Of a DNA stretch of 64,000 nt, positions 1 to 38,539 are shown piece after piece. The translations under genes and the position numbers were made by a program. The DNA lies in the NCBI GenBank assembly GCA_002269645.1, contig NIVC01001596.1:59910-123909 (forward strand). Reading direction: 5' to 3'. Within the stretch, counting starts at the first letter, position 1. Each line of letters opens with the position of its first letter. The notes under the pieces were generated by a model. The model was not told the origin of the DNA. It did no database searches and was given only the letters and a program-made list of their open reading frames with translations. The stretch is from Macrostomum lignano. Lineage: Eukaryota.

Positions 1-1447
1 CTCAACCTCTCTCACCTCTCTACCTCTCTCACCTCTCTACCTCTCTCACCTCTCTACCTCTCTCACCTCTCTACCTCTCTCACCTCTCTACCTCTCTCAC
101 CTCTCTCTCCTCTCTCACCTCTCAACCTCTCTCACCTCTCAACCTCTCTCACCTCTCTCTCCTCTCTCTCCTCTCTCACCTCTCAACCTCTCTCACCTCT
201 CAACCTCTCTCACCTCTCTACCTCTCTCACCTCTCTACCTCTCTCACCTCTCTACCTCTCTCACCTCTCTCTCCTCTCTCACCTCTCAACCTCTCTCACC
301 TCTCAACCTCTCTCACCTCTCTCTCCTCTCTCTCCTCTCTCACCTCTCAACCTCTCTCACCTCTCTACCTCTCTCACCTCTCTCTCCTCTCTCACCTCTC
401 AACCTCTCTCACCTCTCAACCTCTCTCACCTCTCTCTCCTCTCTCCCCTCTCTCACCTCTCAAACTCTCTCACCTCTCACCTGTCTCACCTCTCACCTGT
501 CTCACCTCTCACCTGTCTCACCTCTCACCTGTCTCACCTCTCACCTGTCTCACCTCTCACCTGTCTCACCTCTCACCTGTCTCACCTCTCACCTGTCTCA
601 CCTCTCACCTGTCTCACCTCTCACCTGTCTCACCTCTCACCTGTCTCACCTCTCACCTGTCTCACCTCTCACCTGTCTCACCTCTCACCTGTCTCACCTC
701 TCACCTGTCTCACCTCTCACCTGTCTCACCTCTCACCTGTCTCACCTCTCACCTGTCTCACCTCTCACCTGTCTCACCTCTCACCTGTCTCACCTCTCAC
801 CTGTCTCACCTCTCACCTGTCTCACCTCTCACCTGTCTCACCTCTCACCTGTCTCACCTCTCACCTGTCTCACCTCTCACCTGTCCCACCTCTCACCTGT
901 CTCACCTCTCACCTGTCTCACCTCTCACCTGTCTCACCTCTCACCTGTCTCACCTCTCACCTGTCTCACCTCTCACCTGTCTCACCTCTCACCTGTCTCA
1001 CCTCTCACCTGTCTCACCTCTCACCTGTCCCACCTCTCACCTGTCTCACCTCTCACCTGTCCCACCTCTCACCTGTCTCACCTCTCACCTGTCTCACCTC
1101 TCACCTGTCTCACCTCTCACCTGTCTCACCTCTCACCTGTCTCACCTCTCACCTGTCTCACCTCTCACCTGTCTCACCTCTCACCTGTCCCACCTCTCAC
1201 CTGTCTCACCTCTCACCTGTCTCACCTCTCACCTGTCTCACCTCTCACCTGTCCCACCTCTCACCTGTCTCACCTCTCACCTGTCTCACCTCTCACCTGT
1301 CTCACCTCTCACCTGTCTCACCTCTCACCTGTCCCACCTCTCACCTGTCTCACCTCTCACCTGTCTCACCTCTCACCTGTCTCACCTCTCACCTGTCCCA
1401 CCTCTCACCTGTCTCACCTCTCACCTGTCTCTCCTCTCACCTCTCTA
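1..1447. repeat. CT-rich satellite grading into 16-bp CTGTCTCACCTCTCAC array
   Basis: Direct inspection. Confidence 0.95.
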
Positions 1448-2467
1448 AATCTGAACCTTTAGAAAAGAAATAATAAATTTGCCTTAAAAAACATCTCGAT
1501 TTGGGTAAGATTTTTTGGCTGAAAACGGCAAAGCAAAAATAATCTGCATCTACTTTCAGGGGAAGCAACAACAGCAGATCAATCTTCTTTCATTGGCTCG
1601 GTTCCATAATTATAATGTCAGATTTTTAGCTTTGGCTGACAGGCAGTTGGCCATGGGTAGGCTGGAGGCGGGCCAAGGTAACCTAACTCTCAATGTACTA
1701 AACTGTAATTGACCTTGACAGCTGCAAGGATTTTACTGCATTGATTTTGGGGGGGGGGGCAGTCAGTTTTAATGCCAGTCGCAAAGAATTAGCTAGCTTG
1801 ATGGAGAAGCAAACGAAGATGGGCAAATCTGATATTTGTGTTTCATTACAAATCAAATGGCTTTTCTAAGCACCGTTAGATAATTAAAGTGAATAATTAA
1901 ACAGGGAAGACAGCAGGTAATAATTAAATTAATAATTATTTATTTATTTTATATATTTATTATATTTCTTTATTATTTTTATTATTTATTTATTATTTTT
2001 TATTAGTTTTATTATTTTATTTATTATTTATATTTATTATATTATATTAATTATTATATTATTTATTTATTTATTTATTAATAATAATTAATAATAATTA
2101 ATAATTAAGCAGGTAAGATAGGTAATTAGGTCGGTGAGATAGATAATTACACAGTGAGATAGCCAATTAAACAGGTGAGATAGATAATTACACAGGTGAG
2201 ATAGCCAATTAAACAGGTGAGATAGATAACTAAAAGATCATAGCAGCAGCAGCAAGAGACCTGCATATGGTATCATAGCATTTTCAGCATGCACAGCGTG
2301 CACTGCAGTTACTATAGCTAGGTGCGATATTTTAGCGATTAAACACGAAAAAAATCCCCCGACCAACTGTGTGCCCCAATATTCCCGGCCTGCCGGATAC
2401 GGCGGCGCCTCCATGAAGTTGAAGAAGAATGACGATGATGAAAGACGCCACACACACACACACGCAC

Positions 2468-2502
<35 letters not shown>

Positions 2503-3394
2503 CGTTGCTGACATACCATTAGTGACGCTTGAGGGGAGAAAGTGGATGTGGGAGGAGCAAGTCATTGGGGAGGGGCAGGTTGGGTGGGGGAGTGTTGGGG
2601 TGAGGGGCGAAAACTCTGCTTCTGATTTCGTCTTAAGCGGGCGGCGGGCGCCACATCGCAGAAAAATCTGACGCAGAACAGAATTGAAGGCCAGAATGAA
2701 GAAGGCGATGGTGGTAGGAATCTGGGAAGAATCACCTAAGAATCCCCATCACGGGCACTCACGCAAGTCCCGCCTTCTAACACGCTGGCTCCATGCAATT
2801 GTTGCGAGGCGGCGGTTGGAAAAAAGAAGAGAAAAAAATCGCTGAATAAAAAAAAACGAAAAAGAAGAAGACTCTCCTACAAGAGTAAAGTTTTTCTGAA
2901 AGGCGCGTTGCTATACAGCAGGGTTTGCTACACTTTGTTATAATGGGGAGGGCTGCCTCCTGCCAGGTGAATGGGGGCGGAGGACAAGGAGGGAAAGGCG
3001 ACAGCGTAGGGGGAGGCTGCAGGTTTTTGGTGGGTAATAAATAATTTATCCAAAGGCGAGTGACAGCCTTGTGGGGATAGAGGGCAGTGCAACACATAGT
3101 GGGCGGGGTTGAGTATTAACGTATTAACAGTATACGGTATTCATCACAGAGTTTCAAGTTTACACAAGGACTTATTATAAAGTAAAGATCTCTGAAACAG
3201 GGCCAACTGTTGCCCAAGGTGCCCAAGGTCTGTCAGGCACATAATAAACAAGAGATGCGCTGGAGACCACTCTGACAGAGGTGCTTTAGGCAATACTGGT
3301 ATCTCACACCTCTGAGCTCTTTTCTCTCGATCTCCTCTCTCTCATCTCTCGTCTCTCCTCTATCGTACCTTTCATCTCTCAGTTCTCTCTCTTC

Positions 3395-3865
3395 ACTCAC
3401 CTCTCTCTCCTCTCTCCTCTCTCCTTTCTCACCTCTCTCACCTCTCCTCTCTCACCTCTCTCACCTCTCCTCTCTCACCTCTCTCACCTCTCCTCTCTCA
3501 CCTCTCTCACCTCTCCTCTCTCACCTCTCTCACCTCTCCTCTCTCACCTCTCTCACCTCTCCTCTCTCACCTCTCTCACCTCTCCTCTCTCACCTCTCTC
3601 ACCTCTCCTCTCTCACCTCTCTCACCTCTCCTCTCTCACCTCTCTCTCCTCTCTCCTCTCTCCTTTCTCACCTCTCTCACCTCTCCTCTCTCACCTCTCT
3701 CACCTCTCCTCTCTCACCTCTCTCACCTCTCCTCTCTCACCTCTCTCACCTCTCCTCTCTCACCTCTCTCACCTCTCTCACCTCTCTCACCTCTCTCACC
3801 TCTCTCACCTCTCTCACCTCTCTCACCTCTCTCACCTCTCTCACCTCTCACCTCTCACCTCTCTC
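3395..3865. repeat. CTCTCAC-family CT-rich array
   Basis: Same motif family as 1-1447. Confidence 0.9.
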
Positions 3866-4589
3866 GCAAATTCTAGACATATAGCTGTTGGGAGAAGAGC
3901 TGTAACTCTGCATCCAAGGTTTTTTCCGGTAGCTCGCCTAGGGGTAATAGAGGGTTTCTGAGGCTTCTGATAGATTCTGAAGTGGTCAAAAAGCAATAAC
4001 CAACAAGGTTGAGTTTTGCATTTGGCCTGTTGCCCACAATCACGGATAGAAGGAAATTTAGTTATAGATTCACACCTGAGTCATCGCCAGGCTTTAGCCA
4101 GGCTTAACGGCCTCGTTAAGTAACAAAGATTGAATTTAAGCGAAAAAATTGAAAGAATTAATCAAAAGCTTTACTTATCTTCCCCTCAAACCAAGTCATC
4201 CGAATATCGGTTTGTTCACGTCTGCGCGAACTTCCATAGGTTTAGAAGCAGCTATTTATAGCTATGGGAGAAGCCGGCTTAACCTCTGACTCACTCACCT
4301 GATCCCCAATGTTCAAAGACGGCGGCTTAGATGGGGTTTGGGTTTTAAGCTAAAAAATGTTTTTCTTTTCTTGAGCCGCCCAGACGCAACAGCGGGTTAT
4401 CAAAGTCGCGAATCTTTTCTTCTTTTATATTTATCGGCTTCCCTGTTCACGCTTGCGCGATCGGCTTTCTGGCTGGCTGGCCCTCTGTGTGCGGCTTCCG
4501 AACTGCTTATTACAAATGGGTCTGCTCTGACTGGGGGCAGGTCTGGCTTGATAGTCTGGCATGGATTCTTGTCTGCCTTAGCGTCTGCC

Positions 4590-5315
4590 TCAGTGTCTGT
4601 CCTAATCTGTCCCAGTGTCTGCCCCAGTGTCTGTCCCAGTCTGTCTTAGTGTCTGTCCTAGTGTCTGTCCCAGTGTCTGTCCCAGTGTCTGTCCCAGTGT
4701 CTGTCCCAGTGTCTGTCCCAGTGTCTGTCCTAGTGTCTGTCCCAGTGTCTGTCCCTGTGTCTGTCCTAGTGTCTGTCCCAGTGTCTGTCCCAGTGTCTGT
4801 CCCAGTGTCTGTCCTAGTGTCTGTCCTAGTGTCTGTCCTAGTGTCTGTCCCAGTGTCTGTCCTAGTGTCTGTCCCAGTGTCTGTCCCAGTGTCTGTCCTA
4901 GTGTCTGTCCCAGTGTCTGTCCCAGTGTCTGTCCCAGTGTCTGTCCTAGTGTCTGTCCTAGTGTCTGTCCTAGTGTCTGTCCCAGTGTCTGTCCCAGTGT
5001 CTGTCCCAGTGTCTGTCCCAGTGTCTGTCCCAGTGTCTGTCCCAGTGTCTGTCTCAGTGTCTGTCCCAGTGTCTGTCCTAGTGTCTGTCCTAGTGTCTGT
5101 CCTAGTGTCTGTCCCAGTGTCTGTCCCAGTGTCTGTCCCAGTGTCTGTCCCAGTGTCTGTCCCAGTGTCTGTCCCAGTGTCTGTCCCAGTGTCTATCCCA
5201 GTGTCTGTCCTAGTGTCTGTCCCAGTGTCTGTCCTAGTGTCTGTCCCAGTGTCTGTCCTAGTGTCTGTCCCAGTGTCTGTCCTAGTGTCTGTCCCAGTGT
5301 CTGTCCTAGTGTCTT
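4590..5315. repeat. 12-bp minisatellite GTGTCTGTCC(C/T)A
   Basis: Direct inspection. Confidence 0.95.
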
Positions 5316-6516
5316 CTCCCGAGAAGCGCAGCTTCTTATTAACTTATTAACTCAGTAAGGGCAATAGAAGATCCATTAAGATTATCTCCATCATTTGTCT
5401 CCATCTCAATTTCGTCCACAGCATTTCTGATCACCAATGCTTTTCAAAGTGGCATAAATATTGTAAAATGTCGCTTTTTCCTTTGACAGAATCTTCTGTT
5501 TTCGTTAGATTTGGCCAGCAACTTTGCCTTCTGATGCCTCATCCAATCTCTCAATCATAAAGCCTATATCCCTTGGCAAAGCGTATAGCGGTATCCATTG
5601 CGATTGTGAAATCGTAATCCTCTCAGGTTTGCTTTTCTTTGGGAAAACTAGAATGAACTACTAGAAAAAGGAATTGTTGCCGTTTGAGCAGCGGATTAAA
5701 ACTTGAATAGACCTGAGCCGATTGAAGTGTGTTTCATCAGACTCAATAGGGAAAATGATCTCATTGCCTCACTGTATGAGTAGCTTTTGATGACTTCCTC
5801 AACTACCCCTACTCTCACTCGTATTTATAGAAACTAGAAACCATGAAGTCATCCGCTAATCCGTGAATTTCTAATTGCGGAATCTGGAGTGGTACTCTTT
5901 AAAGGAAACTGTGCACTTCAGTTAGCTCTCCTTAACCCTGGAGTTGGGTCCTGTCTCTTCACAGCTCTCTTCTCTCTTATCTCTCCTCTCTCATCTCTTC
6001 TCTCCTTTCTTCTCTCCTCTCTTCTCTCTTCCTCTCTCCTCTTTTCTTCTCTGCTCTCCTTTCATCTATACTCTTATCTTCTCTCTCATATGTTCTCTTA
6101 TCCCATCTCTCATCTGATCTCCTATCCTCTCTCACCTGGGCCGCAGCCATCAACTGGATTATTTATTCTTGCTTACCCTGCCCCAACGTGTCAATCTAAT
6201 GGAAGTCATGGGAAGTCTTCGAACTATAAGTCTCTTATGATGATTAATAATAGTCTATTTAAAGGTATAGCGTAAATCAATTAACAAAATAACACCATAG
6301 GAAAGTTATACAAATCTGAATTTCTCCTAACCTGAGGGTCGTTTCTGTGATTGAAGGCTGGATTTCTATTTTGTAGCACTGGAGAAATCCTACGTTATTT
6401 TATATGCCATCGAACTGTAGGGCAGGGGATGTACCTTTTTGCACTTTTAGCACTCAGTTTTAGGCGAGAAATTATCATTTGCAAAGCAATCATATGTGCA
6501 CTGCTTCTTTAGAAAA

Positions 6517-6780
6517 ATCCCGATCCCAAATCCCGATCCCAATCTCGATCCCGAATCCGGATCCCGAATCCCGATCCCAAATCCCAATCCCGAATCCCGA
6601 TCACAAAATCCCTGACAACAAAATCCCCGACCAAAAAATACCCGATCCCAAATCCGGATCCCGAATCCCGATCCCAAATCTCGATCCCAAATCCCGATAA
6701 CAAATCCCGATCCCGAATCCCGATCCCAAATCCCGATCCCAAATCCCGATCCCGAATCCCGATCCCAAATCCCGATCCAA
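6517..6780. repeat. ~13-bp CCCGATCCC(A/G)AAT array
   Basis: Direct inspection; ends ~55 bp before the 6837 acceptor. Confidence 0.9.
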
Positions 6781-6836
6781 AAAATAGAATCCAGAAGCGG
6801 CGCTAAAATCCCATATCCCCATTCCGCATCCCGCAG

Positions 6837-19216
<12,380 letters not shown>

Positions 19217-19844
19217 CACACAGCGTGATTAAGTGGAACCTGTTGAGATCTGACCTGACTCAAGATGCTTTTTGTTTTCTGCGCCTATATATGAAACAGT
19301 CTCCATGCTTATGAAAATCCGCGAGGTTGTTCCCAAATTGAATTTTAAATCTGTGCACAATGGCTTGCAGATCAACTGTAATCTGCTTAGAACTATCGTC
19401 TGTTGTTTAGCGATCTACAATAGCTCTTGAATGCAATTGTTGTAATCTTCATTCGCATACAATTATACTATAAAAACTACTGCCGATTATTGTATATCAT
19501 GCTGTCATGTCCCAATCGCACTACTCACTGTCAGTTGCTCAGTAGTATAATTCTAGTAATATTTATTCATTACCGTATGCAATAGATAATTCGATCACAA
19601 CTTTAGAAAAATTACGAGTATTTGTTTTATTTCTAAGAAAAATTGACACTGAAACAGGATGAACTTGTATAAATAAATTGTTGCAATGACTTTTCTACCG
19701 CTCTGACTTTTTAGAATAATAACCGAATTCCCAACAAATGACTGTATAGATCTTGAATATGAAATTTTTAACAACTAAATAGTAAATTTCAGTCTTTTCC
19801 TTTAAAAATTGTACTTCCTCCATTTCCTCTGCTCACGTATCCAT

Positions 19845-20862
19845 TCTATCCTCTCCCCTCCTCTCCCCTCCTCTCCTCTCCTCTCCTCTCCTCTCCTCTC
19901 CTCTCCTCTCCTCTCCTCTCCTCTCCTCTCCTCTCCTCTCCTCTCCTCTCCTCTCCTCTCCTCTCCTCTCCTCTCCTCTCCTCTCCTCTCCTCTCCTCTC
20001 CTCTCCTCTCCTCGCCTCTCCTCTCCTCTCCCCTCCTCTCCCCTCCTCTCCCCTCCTCTCCTCTCCTCTGCTCTCCTCTCCTCTCCTCCCTTCTCTTCTC
20101 TTCTCCTCTCCTCTCCTCTCCTCTCCTCTCCTCTCCTCTCCTCTCCTCCCTTCTCTTCTCCTCTCCTCTCCTCTCCTCCCTTCTCCTCTCCTCTCCTCTC
20201 CTCCCTTCTCTTCTCCTCTCCTCTCCTCTCTTCTCTTCTCCTCTCCTCGCCTCTCCCCTCCTCTCCCCTCCTCTCCTCTCCTCTCCTCTCCTCTCCTCTC
20301 CTCCCTTCTCTTCTCCTCTCCTCTCCTCTCCTCCCTTCTCTTCTCTTCTCCTCGCCTCTCCTCTCCTCTCCTCTCCTCTCCTCTCCTCTCCTCCCTTCTC
20401 TTCTCCTCTCCTCTCCTCTCTTCTCCTCTCCTCGCCTCTCCTCTCCTCTCCCCTCCTCTCCCCTCCTCTCCCCTCCTCTCCTCTCCTCTGCTCTCCTCTC
20501 CTCTCCTCCCTTCTCTTCTCTTCTCCTCTCCTCTCCTCTCCTCTCCTCTCCTCTCCTCTCCTCCTCTTCTCCTCTCCTCTCCTCTCCTCCCTTCTCCTCT
20601 CCTCTCCTCTCCTCCCTTCTCTTCTCCTCTCCTCTCCTCTCTTCTCTTCTCCTCTCCTCGCCTCTCCCCTCCTCTCCCCTCCTCTCCTCTCCTCTCCTCT
20701 CCTCTCCTCTCCTCTCCTCTCCTCTCCTCCCTTCTCTTCTCCTCTCCTCTCCTCTCCTCCCTTCTCTTCTCCTCTCCTCGCCTTTCCTCTCCTCTCCTCT
20801 CCTCTCCTCTCCTCTCCTCCCTTCTCTTCTCCTCTCCTCTCCTCTCCTCTCCTCTCCTCTCA
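19845..20862. repeat. (CTCCT)n satellite with a 420-bp higher-order duplication
   Basis: Lines starting 20041 and 20461 are identical. Confidence 0.97.
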
Positions 20863-22734
20863 TTTACAGCTCTCATTTCTTTTCCTCAATTATCCTCTTC
20901 TGTCCTCTCTTCTCCACTTACCCTCCTCTCCCCACCTGCCTCTCATCCCTTATCTCGTTAACAAATAAACCGCTGACATTCAGTAATTCACAATCGCACC
21001 AGCTGCGCACCTGTAGGGAACAGGTACACGGCTCCACCTTCGCAATAAAAAGATTTTAATCATATGCCAATAATTCATTCCGAATTTCACCCCTAGCGAT
21101 GCAGACACATAGCTACACCTTGACCCACATCTCTATAGGCAGATGGCCCAGGCTAGATAAAGAACGCGATCTTACAGTGCAGTTTGCTTAAAACTCTGAT
21201 TACAGCAGCCCCTATGCGCGTACAGCTCGTGATTATAATTTTCGCAAAGCAACACAAGCCTCTGTTTAGATCGGCTCTGATTTAACCAATTGGCTTTTCG
21301 GATCAGAGATAAAGCTCAAAGCCGCTGCTGCTATGCAAAATCCACACTAAATCTGGGGGTGGGGTCATATTTGCACAGTTTAAACAAATGATTCATAAGC
21401 GCGGCAGTTCAATAGGGTAATGGGGGCAGGAGATTGCGGTCGCAGTATGTTCTCTGACGTCATGAGGGTATTACCGGCATTCATACTTTTGTTTAACTTT
21501 TCGCTCTGTTCAACCTAAATCTGGAAACTTCTGCATATAGTAACTATGCTAAGTACCAGGGACCTTTGGAATTTAGATTTACTTGACTGGGAGCAGATCT
21601 GCCAAAATTGTTTATTAAATGCCTTTTTTAATTTCCAAACTATTTTATTTTTGTTATACTCGTACTAGCTATATTTTCGGTTAATTTGTTCTGCAATCAG
21701 CTTTTGAAAATTATGTTTGATTAAAATCCTAAAATATTTTGAAAAAAAACGAAGAAATGAAGTAAAATAAAATATTTATGAAATCATCAATAAATATGAA
21801 TTTAAAAAGTATAAAAATGCAGAAAATCAAGTTGCAAAATTGCTGCTATTTATTTTTCTTTTTAAACTATTTTACGATGATTCGTTTGATAATTGAATGC
21901 ATTAAAAGAATTAACCAGTTGTCCAAGCACAAATATACATAGTTACGAGTATATTTTTCAATAGTTTGGCAGAGGCTATTCGTACTTTATAAAAGCCGAA
22001 AAATCGAGATATAAAAAATCTAAAAAATCTTTAAAAAACAAAGTTTTTGACAAGCGGTTTGAAAAGGATTTGTATACTATCTAGCTTTTGTTTCAACCTA
22101 ACGATGTTTACCATGGGCCTATCGTACAAATAATACTACGAAAATGCACCAATGAAAACTAAATACTAACAATTCCTGCGCGCCCTACAACGATTTAAAC
22201 AAAAATGAACTACGCTAACAAATTAACAAATTTAAAGCAAATACTGTACCGTTCCCAACCAGTTTGTGTGTCAAAATCGATCTTGCGTGTCGCGTTGTGT
22301 GTGGGCACCTGCTGGCACCTGCCAGGGCAAAACCGAGATCATGTAGGCTGGAAGCGCCCTACAGATGGTCCCTTGATCCAGGAACAGTGCAACGTCCGAT
22401 ATTAATATTATTTGAACATATTATAAACACTGGCAGCTTAGATAGCAGTTCAGATAGCTTCCATGCCCACCTCTCAAACGGCAGCGGGCAAGAATTTTAG
22501 AAGCCAAGCTAAAAGCTTCTGCGGGAAAAAGAACACTGACTGATCCTGGCAACCCTGCGAGCCCCGTATTATAAACACAAGCCTGGAATTTCTGCCAGAA
22601 AAACTGCAGTTAAAACGATTCAACCACTTGAATAAGTCACTTTTTGATTCGGTTTGCAAAATTAAAACTTCCTACAAAAAATTGCAAGCGCAAAGTTGGC
22701 AAATATAGATGGGAATTATCTGGGTTATTTCTGC

Positions 22735-23165
22735 GCGCCCTAGAACCCGAATCTGTGCGAAATAGAACCCGAATCTGTGCGAAATAGAACCCGAATCTGT
22801 GCGAAATAGAACCCGAATCTGTGCGAAATAGAACCCGAATCTGTGCGAAATAGAACCCGAATCTGTGCGAAATAGAACCCGAATCTGTGCGAAATAGAAC
22901 CCGAATCTGTGCGAAAAAGAACCCGAATCTGTGCGAAATAGAACCCGAATCTGTGCGAAATAGAACCCGAATCTGTGCGAAATAGAACCCGAATCTGTGC
23001 GAAATAGAACCCGAATCTGTGCGAAATAGAACCCGAATCTGTGCGCCATAGAACCCGAATTTTCGCGCCCTAAAGCCTGAATCTGGGCGCCCTAGAGCCT
23101 GAATCTGGGCGTCCTAGAGCCTGAATCTGGGCGCCCTAAAGCCTGAATCTGCGCGCCCTAGAACC
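22735..23165. repeat. 22-bp TAGAACCCGAATCTGTGCGAAA array plus diverged tail
   Basis: Direct inspection. Confidence 0.95.
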
Positions 23166-23859
23166 TGATTCTTTTCCTAATTGATAAGCGCAATACCATA
23201 GCTTTCTGCGAAATGTCCCGCGAGGCCCAAAGTAGACAGATCTGTCCAAACATTCGAAGCAATGCTTTGAGGTGAAATCTTCTCGCTAATAAATGTTGCC
23301 ACATACAGTCACGTGCTTTGGTCAGTTTTTCCCGAAAAGTATGGAAAGCCAAATATTGAATCGAATCTGTTGCGACCCGAAGTCGTGCCGGAATTCAACC
23401 CAGGGTTTTTTTGTTTTGCTTGTGCTTTTTCGATTTTTCTTCAAAAACTGATTTCATTTTGTCGCTTTTGCTTTGGTTTGATCAGTGGGAGCTGGGATTT
23501 TCTAAGAAACTAGAATAGAGAGTAGTTAACAGAGATTTCGAGGAAATTATTTATCTCGGTGTACAGAAAATGCATTAGCATATATTAATAAATTTAGTTT
23601 TCTGAACTCTTCTGAAAAGCTGCCACACCTGGCTTTAACTACCCACTCTGCTTACCCGGCTGGGTTGCTCTTTGATGGCACTTGTGGTGTCCGGTTTCTG
23701 TCGCGTGCGATCTTCTTAACCTCCGTCTTTGCCTGTCCATGGACGTTTAAACAGAAAAGAACCTGGAACAAGAGACTCCTAAATTCGAATGAATTTGCAG
23801 AATAATACCAATTACTTCGTACTTGTCAACGCTGCCTCAGTTATCAAGATGTCTTAGGT

Positions 23860-25010
23860 GGGCGTCCTGTCTCTTGGTGAGCGCCACTGTCTCTTGGTGA
23901 GCGCCCCTGTCTCTTGGTGAGCGCCACTGTCTCTTGGTGAGCGCCCCTGTCTCTTGGTTGGCGTCCCTGTCTGTTGGTTGGCGTCCCTGTCTGTTGGTTG
24001 GCGTCCCTGTCTCTTGGTGAGCGCCCTTGTCTCTTGGTGAGCGCCCCTGTCTCTTGGTGAGCGCCACTGTCTCTTGGTGAGCGCCACTGTCTCTTGGTGA
24101 GCGCCCCTGTCTCTTGGTGAGCGCCACTGTCTCTTGGTGAGCGCCCCTGTCTCTTGGTGAGCGCCACTGTCTCTTGGTGAGCGCCACTGTCTCTTGGTGA
24201 GCGCCACTGTCTCTTGGTGAGCGCCACTGTCTCTTGGTGAGCGCCCCTGTCTCTTGGTGAGCGCCACTGTCTCTTGGTGAGCGCCCCTGTCTCTTGGTGA
24301 GCGCCACTGTCTCTTGGTGAGCGCCCCTGTCTCTTGGTGAGCGCCCCTGTCTCTTGGTGAGCGCCCCTGTCTCTTGGTGAGCGCCCCTGTCTGTTGGTGA
24401 GCGCCCCTGTCTCTTGGTGAGCGCCCCTGTCTGTTGGTTGGCGTCCCTGTCTGTTGGTTGGCGTCCCTGTCTGTTGGTTGGCGTCCCTGTCTGTTGGTTG
24501 GCGTCCCTGTCTGTTGGTTGGCGTCCCTGTCTGTTGGTTGGCGTCCCTGTCTGTTGGTTGGCGTCCCTGTCTGTTGGTTGGCGTCCCTGTCTCTTAGTGA
24601 GCGTCCCTGTCTGTTGGTGAGCGCCCCTGTCTCTTGGTGAGCGCCACTGTCTCTTGGTGAGCGCCCCTGTCTCTTGGTGAGCGCCACTGTCTCTTGGTGA
24701 GCGCCACTGTCTCTTGGTGAGCGCCCCTGTCTCTTGGTTGGCGTCCCTGTCTGTTGGTTGGCGTCCCTGTCTGTTGGTTGGCGTCCCTGTCTGTTGGTTG
24801 GCGTCCCTGTCTGTTGGTTGGCGTCCCTGTCTCTTGGTGAGCGCCCCTGTCTCTTGGTGAGCGCCCCTGTCTGTTGGTTGGCGCCCCTGTCTCTTGGTGA
24901 GCGCCCCTGTCTCTTGGTGAGCATCCCTGTCTGTTGGTTGGCGTCCCTGTCTGTTGGTTGGCGTCCCTGTCTGTTGGTGGGCGCCCCTGTCTCTTGGTGG
25001 GTGTCCCTAT
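23860..25010. repeat. 20-bp CTGTCTCTTGGTGAGCGCCC / CTGTCTGTTGGTTGGCGTCC array
   Basis: Two unit types arranged in blocks. Confidence 0.97.
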
Positions 25011-25736
25011 TCCCTTTGGTCACTGGACACCACCTTCCAGAGGTGTCAAACGTCGTTGAGTTCCTATCATTCGTCAGACTATCAGTGTTCTTCAACAGCA
25101 GATTATCATAAATATCTAAAAGAATTAAAGTTGCACTTTTTCCTATAACTACAAAGTTTTAATCCTCATACTACGAAATTTCGAGACCCTGGTACCTGCA
25201 ATACTATCTAGACTAATTGAGATTCTAGTTGTTTACTCTTATTTAAACATGCAGAAATTGTGTTGTCACTCAATTATCAGTTTCCAGTTCAGGTCTCTTC
25301 TAATTTGCAGCGTCCATGGTCTCTCTCTGTCTCCCTTCCCCATAGCTTCCCTCTGCTAATGGTTCAGCTTTGATTAATCATGAAGTCGTAAATCGCGAAT
25401 TGAAAAGGAAGGAGCGGCGCAGGTTATCAAGTTTCTGCACTCCAGATAGCCAGAGAGAGAGAGAGAGAAAGATAGAGAGATAGAGAGATAGGAACTAGTC
25501 TAATTTCAACCCAACTGCTTGGTTATCAACGATTAGCAAATAATAAAAGCCAGCCAATGAAATCTCTGGCCTGGACCAAATAAAAAGCAGTATTCGCGAT
25601 AACAGATCGTCTCCAACCCCCTCCGCTAACTAACACTTGAGACACAAGAAGATACGAGCGTACTATGCAAGGAAGCACCCGTTCCTTTTATTGAAATACT
25701 GCACTGACTTATACTGCACTTAACAGCAAAAGCCAG

Positions 25737-37548
<11,812 letters not shown>

Positions 37549-38539
37549 TCAGCCTAAAAGCGGAAAAGCACGTTGAAACAAAGGTTGCAATAAAGTTTGA
37601 GAAGATCCAGCGCAGCTGATAAAATCAACAGGACATTTTGATCTCTGTGTAAAAATACTCATGCTATTTAAACAAGACGATGCTATCCAAGTTTATATAT
37701 TACTATATAACCCGATGCACAATTTCAGTAAGTCAAGAAAACGACTGTCTAGTTAGTACGAGTACATGACTTCCCTATAGCACTTATTAATTAGCATATT
37801 TATAGAACTTCACAGTGTATTTCTCATGCACATCTATTCGATAATTTCAATTAAAGTTAGTTTATTAAAATATAAAGATAAATCCCCAAAAAACCACCGT
37901 TTACCCGTACATACTAACGTTACTACTCAGTTGACTGAATGCAGCACAGTAGTAAAGAAAGAACGCATAACAAATTTTCATTTTTTTAATAACGCGACAA
38001 AAAGCGAAAAAAATAAATATTTATTTTGTGTTAAGACTTGCCATCAGTAGAGTTCGAATACAGTTAATGGAACGAGTTCAAAAAACCAGTGTTTCATATA
38101 TGAAACAAATTATATTATATATTATTCACTATATCAACTGTTAATAGCGTTGGCGTTTAATAAACAAGCACAAAATATAATAAAATATACACTTTCTGGT
38201 AAGTACACTCAGTACTAGTGTTTACGGAACAACAAATAACAGTATTAAACGCACACATATATATAATTGATCCACTGAGAAAAATGAACAAATATCACAT
38301 AAAAAATTCTTTCTATTCAAAATACATGTCATGAATTTATAAATGAAAAAACTACACCAATTTTGTTTTTTACTTGTTTCCACAACAGAATATAAACGAG
38401 TGTCTATTGCATTATTAAAGAAAATCGTAGTTAGGAACCGAAACCTTTAAATTTGTTCTATAAGAAAGTTGGGCCTCAAAAGTAAGCGCAGTTGAATAAC
38501 GTTCAAGAAGAAATTTTAAATGAGCTTGTACTGAGGACA

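Noticed and set aside
5330-5940. Non-repetitive stretches (also 9000-10100 and 21000-22700) as possible TE or coding fragments
   Set aside because: No recognisable protein motif, splice-site pair or terminal structure.
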